Of a stretch of 64,000 bases of DNA, positions 49,349 through 59,074 are shown piece after piece. Below the pieces are notes generated by a model, which had not been told where the DNA came from, ran no database searches, and worked only from the letters and a program-made list of their open reading frames with translations. Both the position numbers and the translations under genes were made by a program. How positions within the stretch are numbered: the stretch's first letter is position 1; each line of letters opens with the position of its first letter. The DNA is from Candidatus Woesebacteria bacterium (lineage in GTDB: Bacteria > Patescibacteriota > Microgenomatia > UBA8517). The DNA lies in contig OY970314.1 of assembly GCA_963716475.1 (NCBI GenBank), forward strand, positions 500,790-564,789. Direction: 5' to 3'.

Positions 49349-51003
49349 AAACAAAAAAAATATTTCTACTGATATTATTTGTCATTATTTTATGTGCCGC
49401 CTGCTTCGTCAGGTTATACAAACTTGGGGAAATTCCGGCCGGGGCCTACCTTGACGAGGCTTCGCTGGGATACAATGCCTATTCGCTATTATTAACAGGC
49501 AGAGACGAATTTGGCAAAAATTGGCCGATATATTTTAGAGCTTTTTCGACCTTCCAAGACTCACTTTACGGCTATTTTAGTATTATTCCTGTTTATTTTC
49601 TTGGTTTAAGTATTTTCTCAACACGATTGGTATCGGTAATTTCGGGGTCAATTGTTGTTCTGATTACTTTTTTACTTTTTTATTACTCGGATCTCAAAAA
49701 TAAGTTAAGTCTGGCGCTTCTTGCCGGCCTTACGGTAGCATTTACACCTTGGGCGATCTACCAAAGCCGCGTGGCTGTTGGATCTAATTTAGGCTTGGCT
49801 TTAACAGCCATTAGCATCTTATTATTATTTTTATCCCTGAAAAGGGAATGGTTTTTTGTGCCCGCTTGTGCCTTTTTTGGGATTGCTTCTTATGCTTACG
49901 CCGGCCAGCGAATTACGGGCATATTATTTCCGATTGTCTTCGTACTAATTAATAGGAAAATATTTTCGCAATCTAAGAAGCTGGTCGTGATTGGTTTTGC
50001 GCTCTTAATACTTATTATGCTGCCGCAATTTATGGCACTATCTCACACGGGTTCATTAGTCAGATACCAAACACAAGGTTATACGCAAGAAAGTACTTTT
50101 CTGAAAAATGGAGATTCTTTAGTCAAATTACCGATTTTTGTAGGTTGGCCTTTGTATATAGTTAGGCAATTCACAAGTCAGTATCTTTCCGACTTTTCTC
50201 CCAGAAGCCTATTCTTTGAGCCGGAACCGCAACTTGTTAGATCTATTCCGGGCTTAAGTGTTTTCTATGTCTGGATGATTATTCCTTTCTTTATCGGTTT
50301 CGCCCGATTATGGAAAGAAAAATCAAATCCCTTAATACAAATCATATTTCTATTGATGATTATCGGACCTTTGCCGGAAGCTTTAACAGGTGACCCTTTC
50401 TATACCTTAAGGATGCTGCCCGGCTTATGGGGAATGACACTACTGGTGTCGTTCGGTATTTATGCCATCTTTGACAAGTTCAAACATAACTATGCAAAAA
50501 TCCTGTTGGCGGCATTTCTGATTGCTATTTCCGGTCTTAATTTTTATATAAGCTACTTTATTTTATTAAAACATGAACGTTCCGTATATTTCGGCTACCC
50601 TTTCCAGGTCCTGGCGGAAATTACGGAAGAAAACAAAAGTCAGACGTTTGTTTTGGATTCTGAGATTTATGACGCTCCTTATATCTGGATGGCTTTTTAT
50701 AAAAAATATGATCCTGTGGAATTGCAAGCTCAAACACCACCAGGCTTACTTAATCACTATTATGACGATTTGACTTTTTACAAATATAGAACGATCGGTA
50801 ATGTGGAAGTAAGAAAGATAAATTGGGGCGTTGACCAATGTAAAGACGAATATCTGGTTGGTGATATAACAGCTATATCTGACACTCAGGCCAAAGAACA
50901 CAAATTTACTCTTATTAGAGAAGTTAAAGATTTAACAGGAAAAACCATACTCTGGATTTATCGCACTAATCCCCAGCCGGAGTGCATCAATACTACAGAC
51001 TAG
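49345..51003 (+). CDS. PMT_2/ArnT-like GT-C-fold membrane glycosyltransferase (paralog 2 of 6)
   Basis: 552 aa. Loop-1 motif GAYLDEASLGYNAYSLLLTGRDEFGKNWPIYFRAF; second motif YQSRVAVGSNLG. Confidence 0.65.
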   Translation: MKTKKIFLLILFVIILCAACFVRLYKLGEIPAGAYLDEASLGYNAYSLLLTGRDEFGKNWPIYFRAFSTFQDSLYGYFSIIPVYFLGLSIFSTRLVSVISGSIVVLITFLLFYYSDLKNKLSLALLAGLTVAFTPWAIYQSRVAVGSNLGLALTAISILLLFLSLKREWFFVPACAFFGIASYAYAGQRITGILFPIVFVLINRKIFSQSKKLVVIGFALLILIMLPQFMALSHTGSLVRYQTQGYTQESTFLKNGDSLVKLPIFVGWPLYIVRQFTSQYLSDFSPRSLFFEPEPQLVRSIPGLSVFYVWMIIPFFIGFARLWKEKSNPLIQIIFLLMIIGPLPEALTGDPFYTLRMLPGLWGMTLLVSFGIYAIFDKFKHNYAKILLAAFLIAISGLNFYISYFILLKHERSVYFGYPFQVLAEITEENKSQTFVLDSEIYDAPYIWMAFYKKYDPVELQAQTPPGLLNHYYDDLTFYKYRTIGNVEVRKINWGVDQCKDEYLVGDITAISDTQAKEHKFTLIREVKDLTGKTILWIYRTNPQPECINTTD

Positions 51004-51014
51004 AACAAATATTT

Positions 51015-51746
51015 TCAGTACGAGTCTTTAATCCAGTCGAAATAGCGGATAGAGAGAAGTTCGTGGAATGACCTTACCATATCACCCGGGAAACGGACTC
51101 TTGTCTGTTTATCGTTTTTCCATACCACAGGTACTTCTTTAATAGAAAATCCATACTTTTTAGCCAAAAACAATGTCTCTGAATCAAAACCCCAACGAAA
51201 AATTTTCGTCTTATGAAAAATTTGTTGGGCGGCTTCTCGGGAAAAGCATTTAAAACCGCAGGTAAAATCTGTGACCTTGGTGTTTAATATTAATCGCGAA
51301 AGCAAAGTAAATATTTTTCCAAGATTTTCCCTTAAAAAAGGCTGATGCACAACAACTTCTGCTCCCTTGACTTTTCTGGTCCCTATAACCACATCATATT
51401 GGTTGATAAATTGACTGATCTTTTTTATTTCATCTATGGGTGTCGAAAGGTCTACATCCATAAATAATCTAAACTCACCAACTGCCGCCAACATTCCTGT
51501 TTTAACAGCATATCCTTTTCCACGGTTGTTTCTATAACTTATAAGCCTAAAGTCTGATTTCTTCTTGAGAAATTTGAGTCTTTCAAGAGTGTTGTCAGTA
51601 CTTCCGTCGTCCACGACAATAAGTTCCCACGGCTTATCAAGTCCCCGCAAATACCGGAGTATATTAACTATGTTATCAACACGTGTAGCCTCGTTATAAC
51701 AGGGAACAATAATAGACCAGAAAACGCTTTTTTGTTTTACTGTCAC
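51015..51746 (-). CDS. GT2 polyprenyl-phosphate sugar synthase (DPM1/GtrB-like)
   Basis: 243 aa. IIVPCYNEATRV...LIVVDDGSTDNT...FMDVDLSTP...CGFKCFSREA. Confidence 0.75.
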   Translation of the reverse strand: MTVKQKSVFWSIIVPCYNEATRVDNIVNILRYLRGLDKPWELIVVDDGSTDNTLERLKFLKKKSDFRLISYRNNRGKGYAVKTGMLAAVGEFRLFMDVDLSTPIDEIKKISQFINQYDVVIGTRKVKGAEVVVHQPFLRENLGKIFTLLSRLILNTKVTDFTCGFKCFSREAAQQIFHKTKIFRWGFDSETLFLAKKYGFSIKEVPVVWKNDKQTRVRFPGDMVRSFHELLSIRYFDWIKDSY

Positions 51747-51768
51747 AGCATATAATATAACCTACGTA

Positions 51769-54117
51769 ATGATATTACTATTAGTTTTGTTTAACTTGAT
51801 CCTGTTTGCGCCGATGCTTCATGGTCTTATCCCCCTGCCTACAGATGCCCTCGCCGGTGTCTATTACCCTTGGGCCGGACAATTTTGGGGATTTGTGGCC
51901 GGAATTCCTTACAAAAATGTCTCTCTAACGGATGTCTTTTCTCAACTATATCCCTGGCGAAGCCTGGCGATAGATTTAATCAAACACGGCAGTCTGCCAT
52001 TATGGAACTCTTTCTCCTTCTCCGGATATCCCCTCCTGGCCAACTGGCAATCCGCACCGTTTTACCCTCTGAATCTACTGATGCTCATATTTGGAAATCC
52101 CCACGGATACGGGTTGATGGTTTTTCTGCAACCGGTTCTTGCTGCCTCATTTATGTATATTTTCCTTCGTCAGCTGGGTCTTTCCAAGGTGGCTGCGGGC
52201 GTGGGAGGGTTGGTTTCTGCATATTCAGGGTTTGTCATGGTTTATTTGGAATATGCAACCATTGGTCAAATAATGGTTTGGCTTCCGCTGGTCTTGTATC
52301 TCTTTGAGAAATATTTTGAAAAAAAACAGATTCGTTTCTTGGCCTTGTCGTCCATCTGCCTATTCCCGGTACTAACCGGCGGTTTTTTCCAACCTGCATT
52401 CTATGTCATCTTGATTGCGTCACTTTATTTTCTTTTCCGCTCCCTATCGCTTCCGGAAGCGGTAAACAAGACTCGTTTGATTACTTTAGGCGCCGTTTTC
52501 ATTTTGGTCGGAGCGACCACAGCTGCCGTACAACTGCTACCTACGGCCGAACTTCTGAAATATTCGATAAGAAATCTGGACCAGAATATCATCGAATATC
52601 ATTATGGCCTTCTGCCCGTTCAGAACCTTATTTCATTTTTAGCTCCGGATTTTTTTGGAAACCCTGCGACGCAAAATTATTGGGGGGTAATCCAGTATCA
52701 GGAAGTAACGGGGTACTTTTCGGTAATTGCCCTCGCGTTGGCGCTTGCGGGGCTTTTCACCAAAAAAAGGAACTGGATGTTAAATCTTTTCTCCGGACTA
52801 TTTATCGGGTCAATACTTCTTGCCTTTGATAACCCGATAGGCAGACTTATTTATCAACTTAAAGTTCCTCTTCTTGCTACCGGGTATGCTTCCCGCTGGC
52901 TCATAATAACAGCATTCTCGGGAGCGTTTCTTGCAGCAACCGCAATTGAAAGATTTAATCAAAAAAAACTAGCCGTTATTCTCTGTTCCTTACTGGATAT
53001 ACTGATTTTGATTTATGGACTGATTTGGAAAGGCGTTATTCCGGTAAATCTTAACTACATCCTTGTTGCATTAAGGAATCTTTTACTACCAATTGCTTTA
53101 CTGGCAGGGGGTGTCACCATTTGTATTTTTATCAGAAATAAAAACTGGGCAAAATGGCTGCTTTTAATACTCATCGTTTTTGATCTGGGCCGTTTTACGA
53201 TGAAATTCACACCCTTCTCCGATCCTCAGTACACCAGCCGCGCTGTCCCGGTTTTCGAATACATAAAGAGCCAGACCAATATTGATCGTGTGATAAGTGA
53301 AGAGGGCCCTGTCCTTCCTGCCAATACCTGGATGTATCCGGAACTTTATTCACCAACCGGTTACGATCCGCTCTTGATAAAAGACTATGCAGTCTTTTTT
53401 GATGGTCTAAATATGGGTCTGGTAAATAAACCGGATTTAAGCGGCAGGTTTGACCAGATTAACTTTACACGCTATTTAAATCTCGCCAATCTTAACTCTC
53501 CGCTTCTTGACTTGGTCGGAGCAAAATATCTACTGGCCATAAAATATGATCAGTGGGGGCAAATAAGTTCTGTGGGGAAAATAAATGAAGCCAAAGTAGA
53601 TTTGACCCGCTATAAACCCGTATTTGAAGACGGAGAAACTGTTGTATTACAAAACCAAACAGTACTTCCAAGAGTTATTCTATACTACCAAGCGGAATCG
53701 GAAACAGACAATGTACAAGCGGCAGAGAAATTGGTAACGGGTTTTGATTTTCGAAACAAACTCCTTATTGACAAGGAAAATCCTACACAATATATGCCGG
53801 GAGAAAACGATACGGTTGAAATTGCCGAATATTCCGCTAACAAGGTTGATTTTCAGGTAAAAACTCAAAGTGGAGCATACTTTTTTCTATCGGACACTTT
53901 CTTCCCTGGTTGGCAGGTTTCTATCAACGGGAAGTCGGGCGAAATTTTACGTGCAGATAGCATCTTCAGAGCCGTTGAGGTTCCGCCGGGTGAATCACAA
54001 ATTGAAATGGTTTACTCGCCAAATAGCTTTAAGGTCGGCGCTATTATTTCGATAATTTCGCTTACGATACTGCTGATTTTGACATTTAAAAAACCACTTA
54101 ATCACGACACTAACTGA
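51769..54117 (+). CDS. YfhO-family GT-C-fold membrane glycosyltransferase
   Basis: 782 aa. N-terminal loop SQLYPWRSLAIDLIKHGSLPLWNSFSFSGYPLLANWQSAPFYPL is the YfhO signature. At least 12 TM, a large C-terminal extracytoplasmic domain, and a final TM. Confidence 0.7.
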   Translation: MILLLVLFNLILFAPMLHGLIPLPTDALAGVYYPWAGQFWGFVAGIPYKNVSLTDVFSQLYPWRSLAIDLIKHGSLPLWNSFSFSGYPLLANWQSAPFYPLNLLMLIFGNPHGYGLMVFLQPVLAASFMYIFLRQLGLSKVAAGVGGLVSAYSGFVMVYLEYATIGQIMVWLPLVLYLFEKYFEKKQIRFLALSSICLFPVLTGGFFQPAFYVILIASLYFLFRSLSLPEAVNKTRLITLGAVFILVGATTAAVQLLPTAELLKYSIRNLDQNIIEYHYGLLPVQNLISFLAPDFFGNPATQNYWGVIQYQEVTGYFSVIALALALAGLFTKKRNWMLNLFSGLFIGSILLAFDNPIGRLIYQLKVPLLATGYASRWLIITAFSGAFLAATAIERFNQKKLAVILCSLLDILILIYGLIWKGVIPVNLNYILVALRNLLLPIALLAGGVTICIFIRNKNWAKWLLLILIVFDLGRFTMKFTPFSDPQYTSRAVPVFEYIKSQTNIDRVISEEGPVLPANTWMYPELYSPTGYDPLLIKDYAVFFDGLNMGLVNKPDLSGRFDQINFTRYLNLANLNSPLLDLVGAKYLLAIKYDQWGQISSVGKINEAKVDLTRYKPVFEDGETVVLQNQTVLPRVILYYQAESETDNVQAAEKLVTGFDFRNKLLIDKENPTQYMPGENDTVEIAEYSANKVDFQVKTQSGAYFFLSDTFFPGWQVSINGKSGEILRADSIFRAVEVPPGESQIEMVYSPNSFKVGAIISIISLTILLILTFKKPLNHDTN

Positions 54118-54129
54118 CAGCCTACCTGA

Positions 54130-55236
54130 TCATACCCTTTTCTTTAGAAGGCCCACCAACAAGGAGGAAAGATTCAGATAAGCGTAAGGCAAGATTATTA
54201 AGAAATATCTTGTAAAGGGTACCTGTGTACTGGTTAAAAGAAGATAACCAATTGGTAGTAAATAAAAGAAAAACCTTAAGTCTTTCAACTTTGTTTTAAA
54301 GATTAGAAATACTGAAGCAAGAAAAGATATTGGCCAAAGAAAACTCCAGTCTCCTATGTGTATTATTCCGTTTTGCCACCACGGAAGAAAATAGCCGCTG
54401 ATAAATAATGCTATCGGACCTCCCGGAACACCTGCCGAATTGTGCGCCAACATATACCTTAAGACCTTGCCTTGATAAATAACTATGTTGAAATCTCCAT
54501 AATTGTTGATAAAAGTTTTTATATATAAAAGACTGTATGTGATAAGTGTAGTCAGCAGTACCAATCCTATCTTTTTAATATTGAGTCTTTCCTTCCTAAT
54601 GAATATTTTGTATATGGTAATTAAAAAAACAAATATAACTGCTGTGGACCAAAATTTGGAAGCAGCAAAAAGACCCAGTGTGATTCCCTGTAAGATAAAA
54701 CTTTCAGGATAAAAAAACATCAGAATAACAAAACTTAGAGCAAAAACCGTTTGCCCCAGGTCCAATAACGCCCCGTTCATCATGCCTCCAAAAACAGGGT
54801 CAATTAATAAAAGGGTAGTTCCAATTAAGGAAACTGCCCGGTTTTTAAATAGTTTCATCCCCAAAAAGTAAGTCAACCAAAGAAGTGCTATACCAAAAAC
54901 AATTTGGACATAAAAAGGATTTCCAAAAGCAAGGATGCTAAAACCGAAAAGGTATTTAATGAGTGCCGGAACTTGGAAATCATACCCCGTCGGGTCTGCC
55001 CCTTTTGCGTAAAGATACCCCGAGGCAATATAGAGATCGCTGTCGGAAAGGAAAATTCTATCTTTAATGGCATTACCTTTATCCTCGATGTCCTGAGATC
55101 TAAGATACTCGGATATCAAATTTACATTAAACTTATATTTAAAAAGGTCCTGATGTTTTAGAAAAAGAAAGCCTAAAAACAGTAGAGTAATAAAAGCATA
55201 CGGAAGAATCTTTTTTAATCGGAAAATTAATTTCAT
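54130..55236 (-). CDS. polytopic membrane protein, possible GT-C (hypothetical)
   Basis: 368 aa. Acidic loop DRIFLSDSDLYIASGYLYAKGADPTGYDFQVPAL after TM1. Confidence 0.4.
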   Translation of the reverse strand: MKLIFRLKKILPYAFITLLFLGFLFLKHQDLFKYKFNVNLISEYLRSQDIEDKGNAIKDRIFLSDSDLYIASGYLYAKGADPTGYDFQVPALIKYLFGFSILAFGNPFYVQIVFGIALLWLTYFLGMKLFKNRAVSLIGTTLLLIDPVFGGMMNGALLDLGQTVFALSFVILMFFYPESFILQGITLGLFAASKFWSTAVIFVFLITIYKIFIRKERLNIKKIGLVLLTTLITYSLLYIKTFINNYGDFNIVIYQGKVLRYMLAHNSAGVPGGPIALFISGYFLPWWQNGIIHIGDWSFLWPISFLASVFLIFKTKLKDLRFFFYLLPIGYLLLTSTQVPFTRYFLIILPYAYLNLSSLLVGLLKKRV

Positions 55237-55248
55237 ATAAAACCGATC

Positions 55249-56094
55249 TTACTTACTTGCAGTAATGTATTTAAAATAAGCGATCGGAAAATGCATAGCG
55301 GAAAAGAAGCTCCAAAGGAAACCGCCGGACCCGTCCAAAAACCCCAAATGGCGAAAATAGAGGTTTAAAAAGGTTCTTAACGGATAGTAAATAGTAAACA
55401 GCAAAAATGCAATAACACCTTTCGAAACCTTGTTGTCTCCAAGCTCTTTAGCTTTTAAATCGGTATAACGGTTGAAACGTACCAAATAGCGTTTGAGTGT
55501 TGGTGAATCATAATGCTCAAGGTCGCTGCTGAGCCAACCGACTTCACCATCTAGTTCAATCTGTTCGTGCACGGATCTTTGAGGGAACCTTGATTTCCCG
55601 TTTTTAACCAGGCGGATTACCCCATCAGGGTAGACCCCGGCGTGGATTAACGGTTTACCCAAGAAAATATTTCTTCTGGGAATAAAGTATCCGACAATTT
55701 CGCCGGTTTTTTTGCCTATCGGACCATCCCTTTCCTCTATGAGTTTTTGATGACGTAGGAACAGCTTATTGTAATTCGTAACCGGTAGTCGATGATTAAC
55801 GACAGAAATAATTTCTTTCGCCAATGCCGGCGTCACGGCCTCGTCCGCATCAAGCTGGAGTATCCATTCACCGGAGGCTTTTTCTAGAGCTTTTTGCTTG
55901 GTAACATGGAAAATGTCATGGTGGGGTTCAAGAAATATTTTTGCACCATTCTTTTTGGCAATCTCGACCGTTTTATCCGTCGAGTACTCGTCTACAACAA
56001 CAATTTCATCTGCTATATCTTTAACAGATTCAAGGCAACGACCAATATTAGTCTCCTCATTTCTGACTGCCAGGACAACAGATAGTTTGAACAT
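55249..56094 (-). CDS. glycosyltransferase family 2
   Basis: 281 aa. LSVVLAVRNEETNIGRCLESV...IVVVDEYSTDKT...LQLDADE; C-terminal hydrophobic helices. Its start codon overlaps the stop of the upstream PMT_2-like gene (TAATG). Confidence 0.8.
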   Translation of the reverse strand: MFKLSVVLAVRNEETNIGRCLESVKDIADEIVVVDEYSTDKTVEIAKKNGAKIFLEPHHDIFHVTKQKALEKASGEWILQLDADEAVTPALAKEIISVVNHRLPVTNYNKLFLRHQKLIEERDGPIGKKTGEIVGYFIPRRNIFLGKPLIHAGVYPDGVIRLVKNGKSRFPQRSVHEQIELDGEVGWLSSDLEHYDSPTLKRYLVRFNRYTDLKAKELGDNKVSKGVIAFLLFTIYYPLRTFLNLYFRHLGFLDGSGGFLWSFFSAMHFPIAYFKYITASK

Positions 56095-57656
56095 TAGTCA
56101 AAAGTACTCCTCGCGGTTACCAGGAAAAATGCATCCGACCCATTGGGATATTTTACAGCGTAAACGGTTTCAAATAAAAGCTGGTATTTTAAACCAGTGT
56201 AAACCGACGGCGTAACCACATATAAAACATGCGGAATCGGTTGACTATCAATAGGGTCCCAAAGGCCAAAATGATACTTTGAATATCCGGCTACGGTATT
56301 TGCCGGTCTTGATTGGGTTTCGTTATATTTAACAGTCTTCAAATATAAGGACAGAGGAGTTTTAAGATAAAAAAGATAGAAAATGTAAGGCTGCTGCCTT
56401 TCCGGAGTCATGTAGACCTCATCGTATTCCGGATGGGCTTTCACAAACTCAACGACCTGTTTCATTCCGTATTGCCATTCAATTGCATACCTTTTGGTGT
56501 AAACACCAAAATAATTTCGTATATAACCGAATAACGAAACTCCCAGAATGCCGGTTATTAATAGACCCACCGCAACTTTTATGTATCTGTTCTTAAACAT
56601 TTTTATTATCGTAAACACACCTAGGGCCGCAATAAGATGCCAACTTCCCGTCATAAACATTGCCCGGGCGGCGTGAGGTGCTTCGCTTGTTACACTCGCA
56701 GGTATCGGGGCCAGAAGAGCCCATGCTAAAACAATCAAATATTCTTTTTTACCTCTGAATATTCCCCAAATCAGGGCAATAACTCCTATTATTAAAAAAA
56801 CAATATCAACCTTGTAAAAAGTACCTGTTTGACCGGAAAGTCTGGGGTTACTGTCCCCTTGTACAAAGAGAAAGTTATATGAAAAATGCTCTAAATATTT
56901 TTTGGTGATAGCCTGGATGTTTCTTTCCTGAGGAGAAGATGTCTGCTTGAATCTTGCCCCACCGAGGAGAGCCGGCTCCACAAAAAATAAACTGACGAAA
57001 ATAAAAAATGCCAAAAGCCCCGCAAAAAAATATTTTTTATCCTTCAGAAGGTCCTTAAAATAGATAATAGTTATCAAAAGGAGTAGCGGGGGAACCAGCA
57101 CGGTTGCACTTTGATACGCAAGCAGGTCAAGACCCAAAGAAGCGAACCCCAATACTATTAAATAGTTCCTTTTTTCAAGACCTTTTAATATAAGGTAAAA
57201 ACCCAGCATGAAGAAAAAAATCGCGAAATTCAGTTCATGATTAAATCGTGAAAAGTGTATGTTATATGGCGAAATCGTTAATATTAACGAGGCTATAAGC
57301 CCTGCCCAACTGCTATCAAAGATCTTCTTACCCAGAAAAAAGATTATTGCTACGTTAAGGACTCCGAACAGTGCGGAGGAAGCTCTAACTCCTAATTCGT
57401 TAAGACCGAAAACCGCAATCGTCGGTACGGTTAAATAAATATGAACGGGGTGCTTATCATCTTCAAATGATTTAAAAATCAGGGGTAGTGTTTTACCCCA
57501 TTCGTCTTTTCCCCAATGTAAGATTGTCCAGGCATTATAACCGACAGCTGTCTCATCCCAACTTATAGAAGGAGGGGCACTGCTCAATTTATAGAAACGT
57601 AAAATCGCAGCCAAAATTAAAATAGCTGCAAAGATAATTAAGGTTAACTTTTTCAC
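56094..57656 (-). CDS. PMT_2/ArnT-like GT-C glycosyltransferase (paralog 3; tandem copy 4 of 4)
   Basis: 520 aa. SISWDETAVGYNAWTILHWGKDEWGKTLPLIFKSF; IHFSRFNHELNF. Confidence 0.65.
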   Translation of the reverse strand: MKKLTLIIFAAILILAAILRFYKLSSAPPSISWDETAVGYNAWTILHWGKDEWGKTLPLIFKSFEDDKHPVHIYLTVPTIAVFGLNELGVRASSALFGVLNVAIIFFLGKKIFDSSWAGLIASLILTISPYNIHFSRFNHELNFAIFFFMLGFYLILKGLEKRNYLIVLGFASLGLDLLAYQSATVLVPPLLLLITIIYFKDLLKDKKYFFAGLLAFFIFVSLFFVEPALLGGARFKQTSSPQERNIQAITKKYLEHFSYNFLFVQGDSNPRLSGQTGTFYKVDIVFLIIGVIALIWGIFRGKKEYLIVLAWALLAPIPASVTSEAPHAARAMFMTGSWHLIAALGVFTIIKMFKNRYIKVAVGLLITGILGVSLFGYIRNYFGVYTKRYAIEWQYGMKQVVEFVKAHPEYDEVYMTPERQQPYIFYLFYLKTPLSLYLKTVKYNETQSRPANTVAGYSKYHFGLWDPIDSQPIPHVLYVVTPSVYTGLKYQLLFETVYAVKYPNGSDAFFLVTARSTFD

Positions 57657-59074
57657 TTAAATTGAAATCCGTTGAATGACGCTACCTTTGAAAATCCCCA
57701 ATCGCTAACCGGGTTTAGCTTCACCTCTTCCCTGAATTTTTCCGGAGGATATTTCAGGTAATAGAGAGCAAAGATATAAGGCTGAGCATACTTATCGGAA
57801 ACCACACCGCTTTTTTGATTCGCAAAAATTTCCTTATATTGATACTGCCAATCAGAAGCGGTCTCGGAAGAATATTTTGTCAAAAAATCAACCATGTACG
57901 ATTCGAAAGACAAGTAGTAAGCCGCAATTACAACCAAAAGGATAACTGTACTAAATTTTTTGATATTTTCTCTTAAGAACATGACACCCAGAGCTGACAT
58001 TATGGCAAGTGAAGGAGCCGCAAGGAGTGCTCTTAACGCATGGGGTGATTCTTTGGTCAAGGCTGCGGGAATCGGAGCAATCAGAAGCGTTGCCAAAGGC
58101 AAAAAGTATAATATTTTTTTACTTTTAATAATTGCGAGTAAGCCTAAAAGTATCAGGGGAGCTTCAAATAAATAAAGCTCACCGTGTCCCGGAATTTGAC
58201 TGCGGGGATTGGTATCACCTTTGAAAAATAAAAATTGGGGGTCAAAATGGGAAAAATAGTTTTTAACAAAATCCAGCTTACTCGTAATTTGCACTTCAGC
58301 AAACCTCGCCCCACCCGAATCGTATTTATAAAGTCTATAAACCGGAATTAAGCTTAATAAGAATAATGTTATAGAAATGATAAGAACAACCGGATACTTG
58401 CGGTCTCTGATAAACTCGCGAAACTTGTAGACAAAAAGTAAAACCATCCAAATAGGAACAATTATCCGGAATGAGTTGTAACTGTAAAAAGATAAAATAA
58501 AACTTAATGTTGCAGCCAATAAATAATATTTGTTTTTGGGGAGAAGCAGAAACAAATACGTAGCGAGTAAAAAGAAAAATAGGCCCGCGGTGGCTTCATA
58601 TCCGGTTCTTGAAAATATAAAAAACCACGGAGAAAAACTTAGAATAAAGCTTGCCAGGATCGCAATACTCTCTTTGCCGGTTATTTTCTTGGTTAATAAA
58701 TAGACAACAATCAAAGTTCCCAACGAATACAAAACTGCCGGAAGTCTGACGGCATATTCATTTAAGCCTATTGTCTTAACAAATATGGCTACTGAATAAA
58801 TGTAGACCGGAAGCTTAAATTCGCCGAAGGCGCGAAAATGCAGAGGAAGTGTCACTCCCCATTCATCTTTCAGGTCGGTCGCAATCGAATAAGCATTATA
58901 TCCTATCGAGGCCTCATCCCAATAAACGGATTGCGGTATTTCTGCAATTTTATATATTCGGGTAGCAAGAAAAAGAACCAATACAAAGGCGAAGATTATT
59001 TTTCGTTTAATGAACGCATTATTTCGCATTTTTTTCAACAATATCAAATGCCCTATTACCGTTAAGGAAATCAA
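57653..59074 (-). CDS. PMT_2/ArnT-like GT-C glycosyltransferase (paralog 4; tandem copy 3 of 4)
   Basis: 473 aa. SVYWDEASIGYNAYSIATDLKDEWGVTLPLHFRAF; FIFSRTGYEATAG. The start is probably the internal MRNNAF..., which reduces the overlap with the upstream paralog. Confidence 0.65.
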   Translation of the reverse strand: MISLTVIGHLILLKKMRNNAFIKRKIIFAFVLVLFLATRIYKIAEIPQSVYWDEASIGYNAYSIATDLKDEWGVTLPLHFRAFGEFKLPVYIYSVAIFVKTIGLNEYAVRLPAVLYSLGTLIVVYLLTKKITGKESIAILASFILSFSPWFFIFSRTGYEATAGLFFFLLATYLFLLLPKNKYYLLAATLSFILSFYSYNSFRIIVPIWMVLLFVYKFREFIRDRKYPVVLIISITLFLLSLIPVYRLYKYDSGGARFAEVQITSKLDFVKNYFSHFDPQFLFFKGDTNPRSQIPGHGELYLFEAPLILLGLLAIIKSKKILYFLPLATLLIAPIPAALTKESPHALRALLAAPSLAIMSALGVMFLRENIKKFSTVILLVVIAAYYLSFESYMVDFLTKYSSETASDWQYQYKEIFANQKSGVVSDKYAQPYIFALYYLKYPPEKFREEVKLNPVSDWGFSKVASFNGFQFK

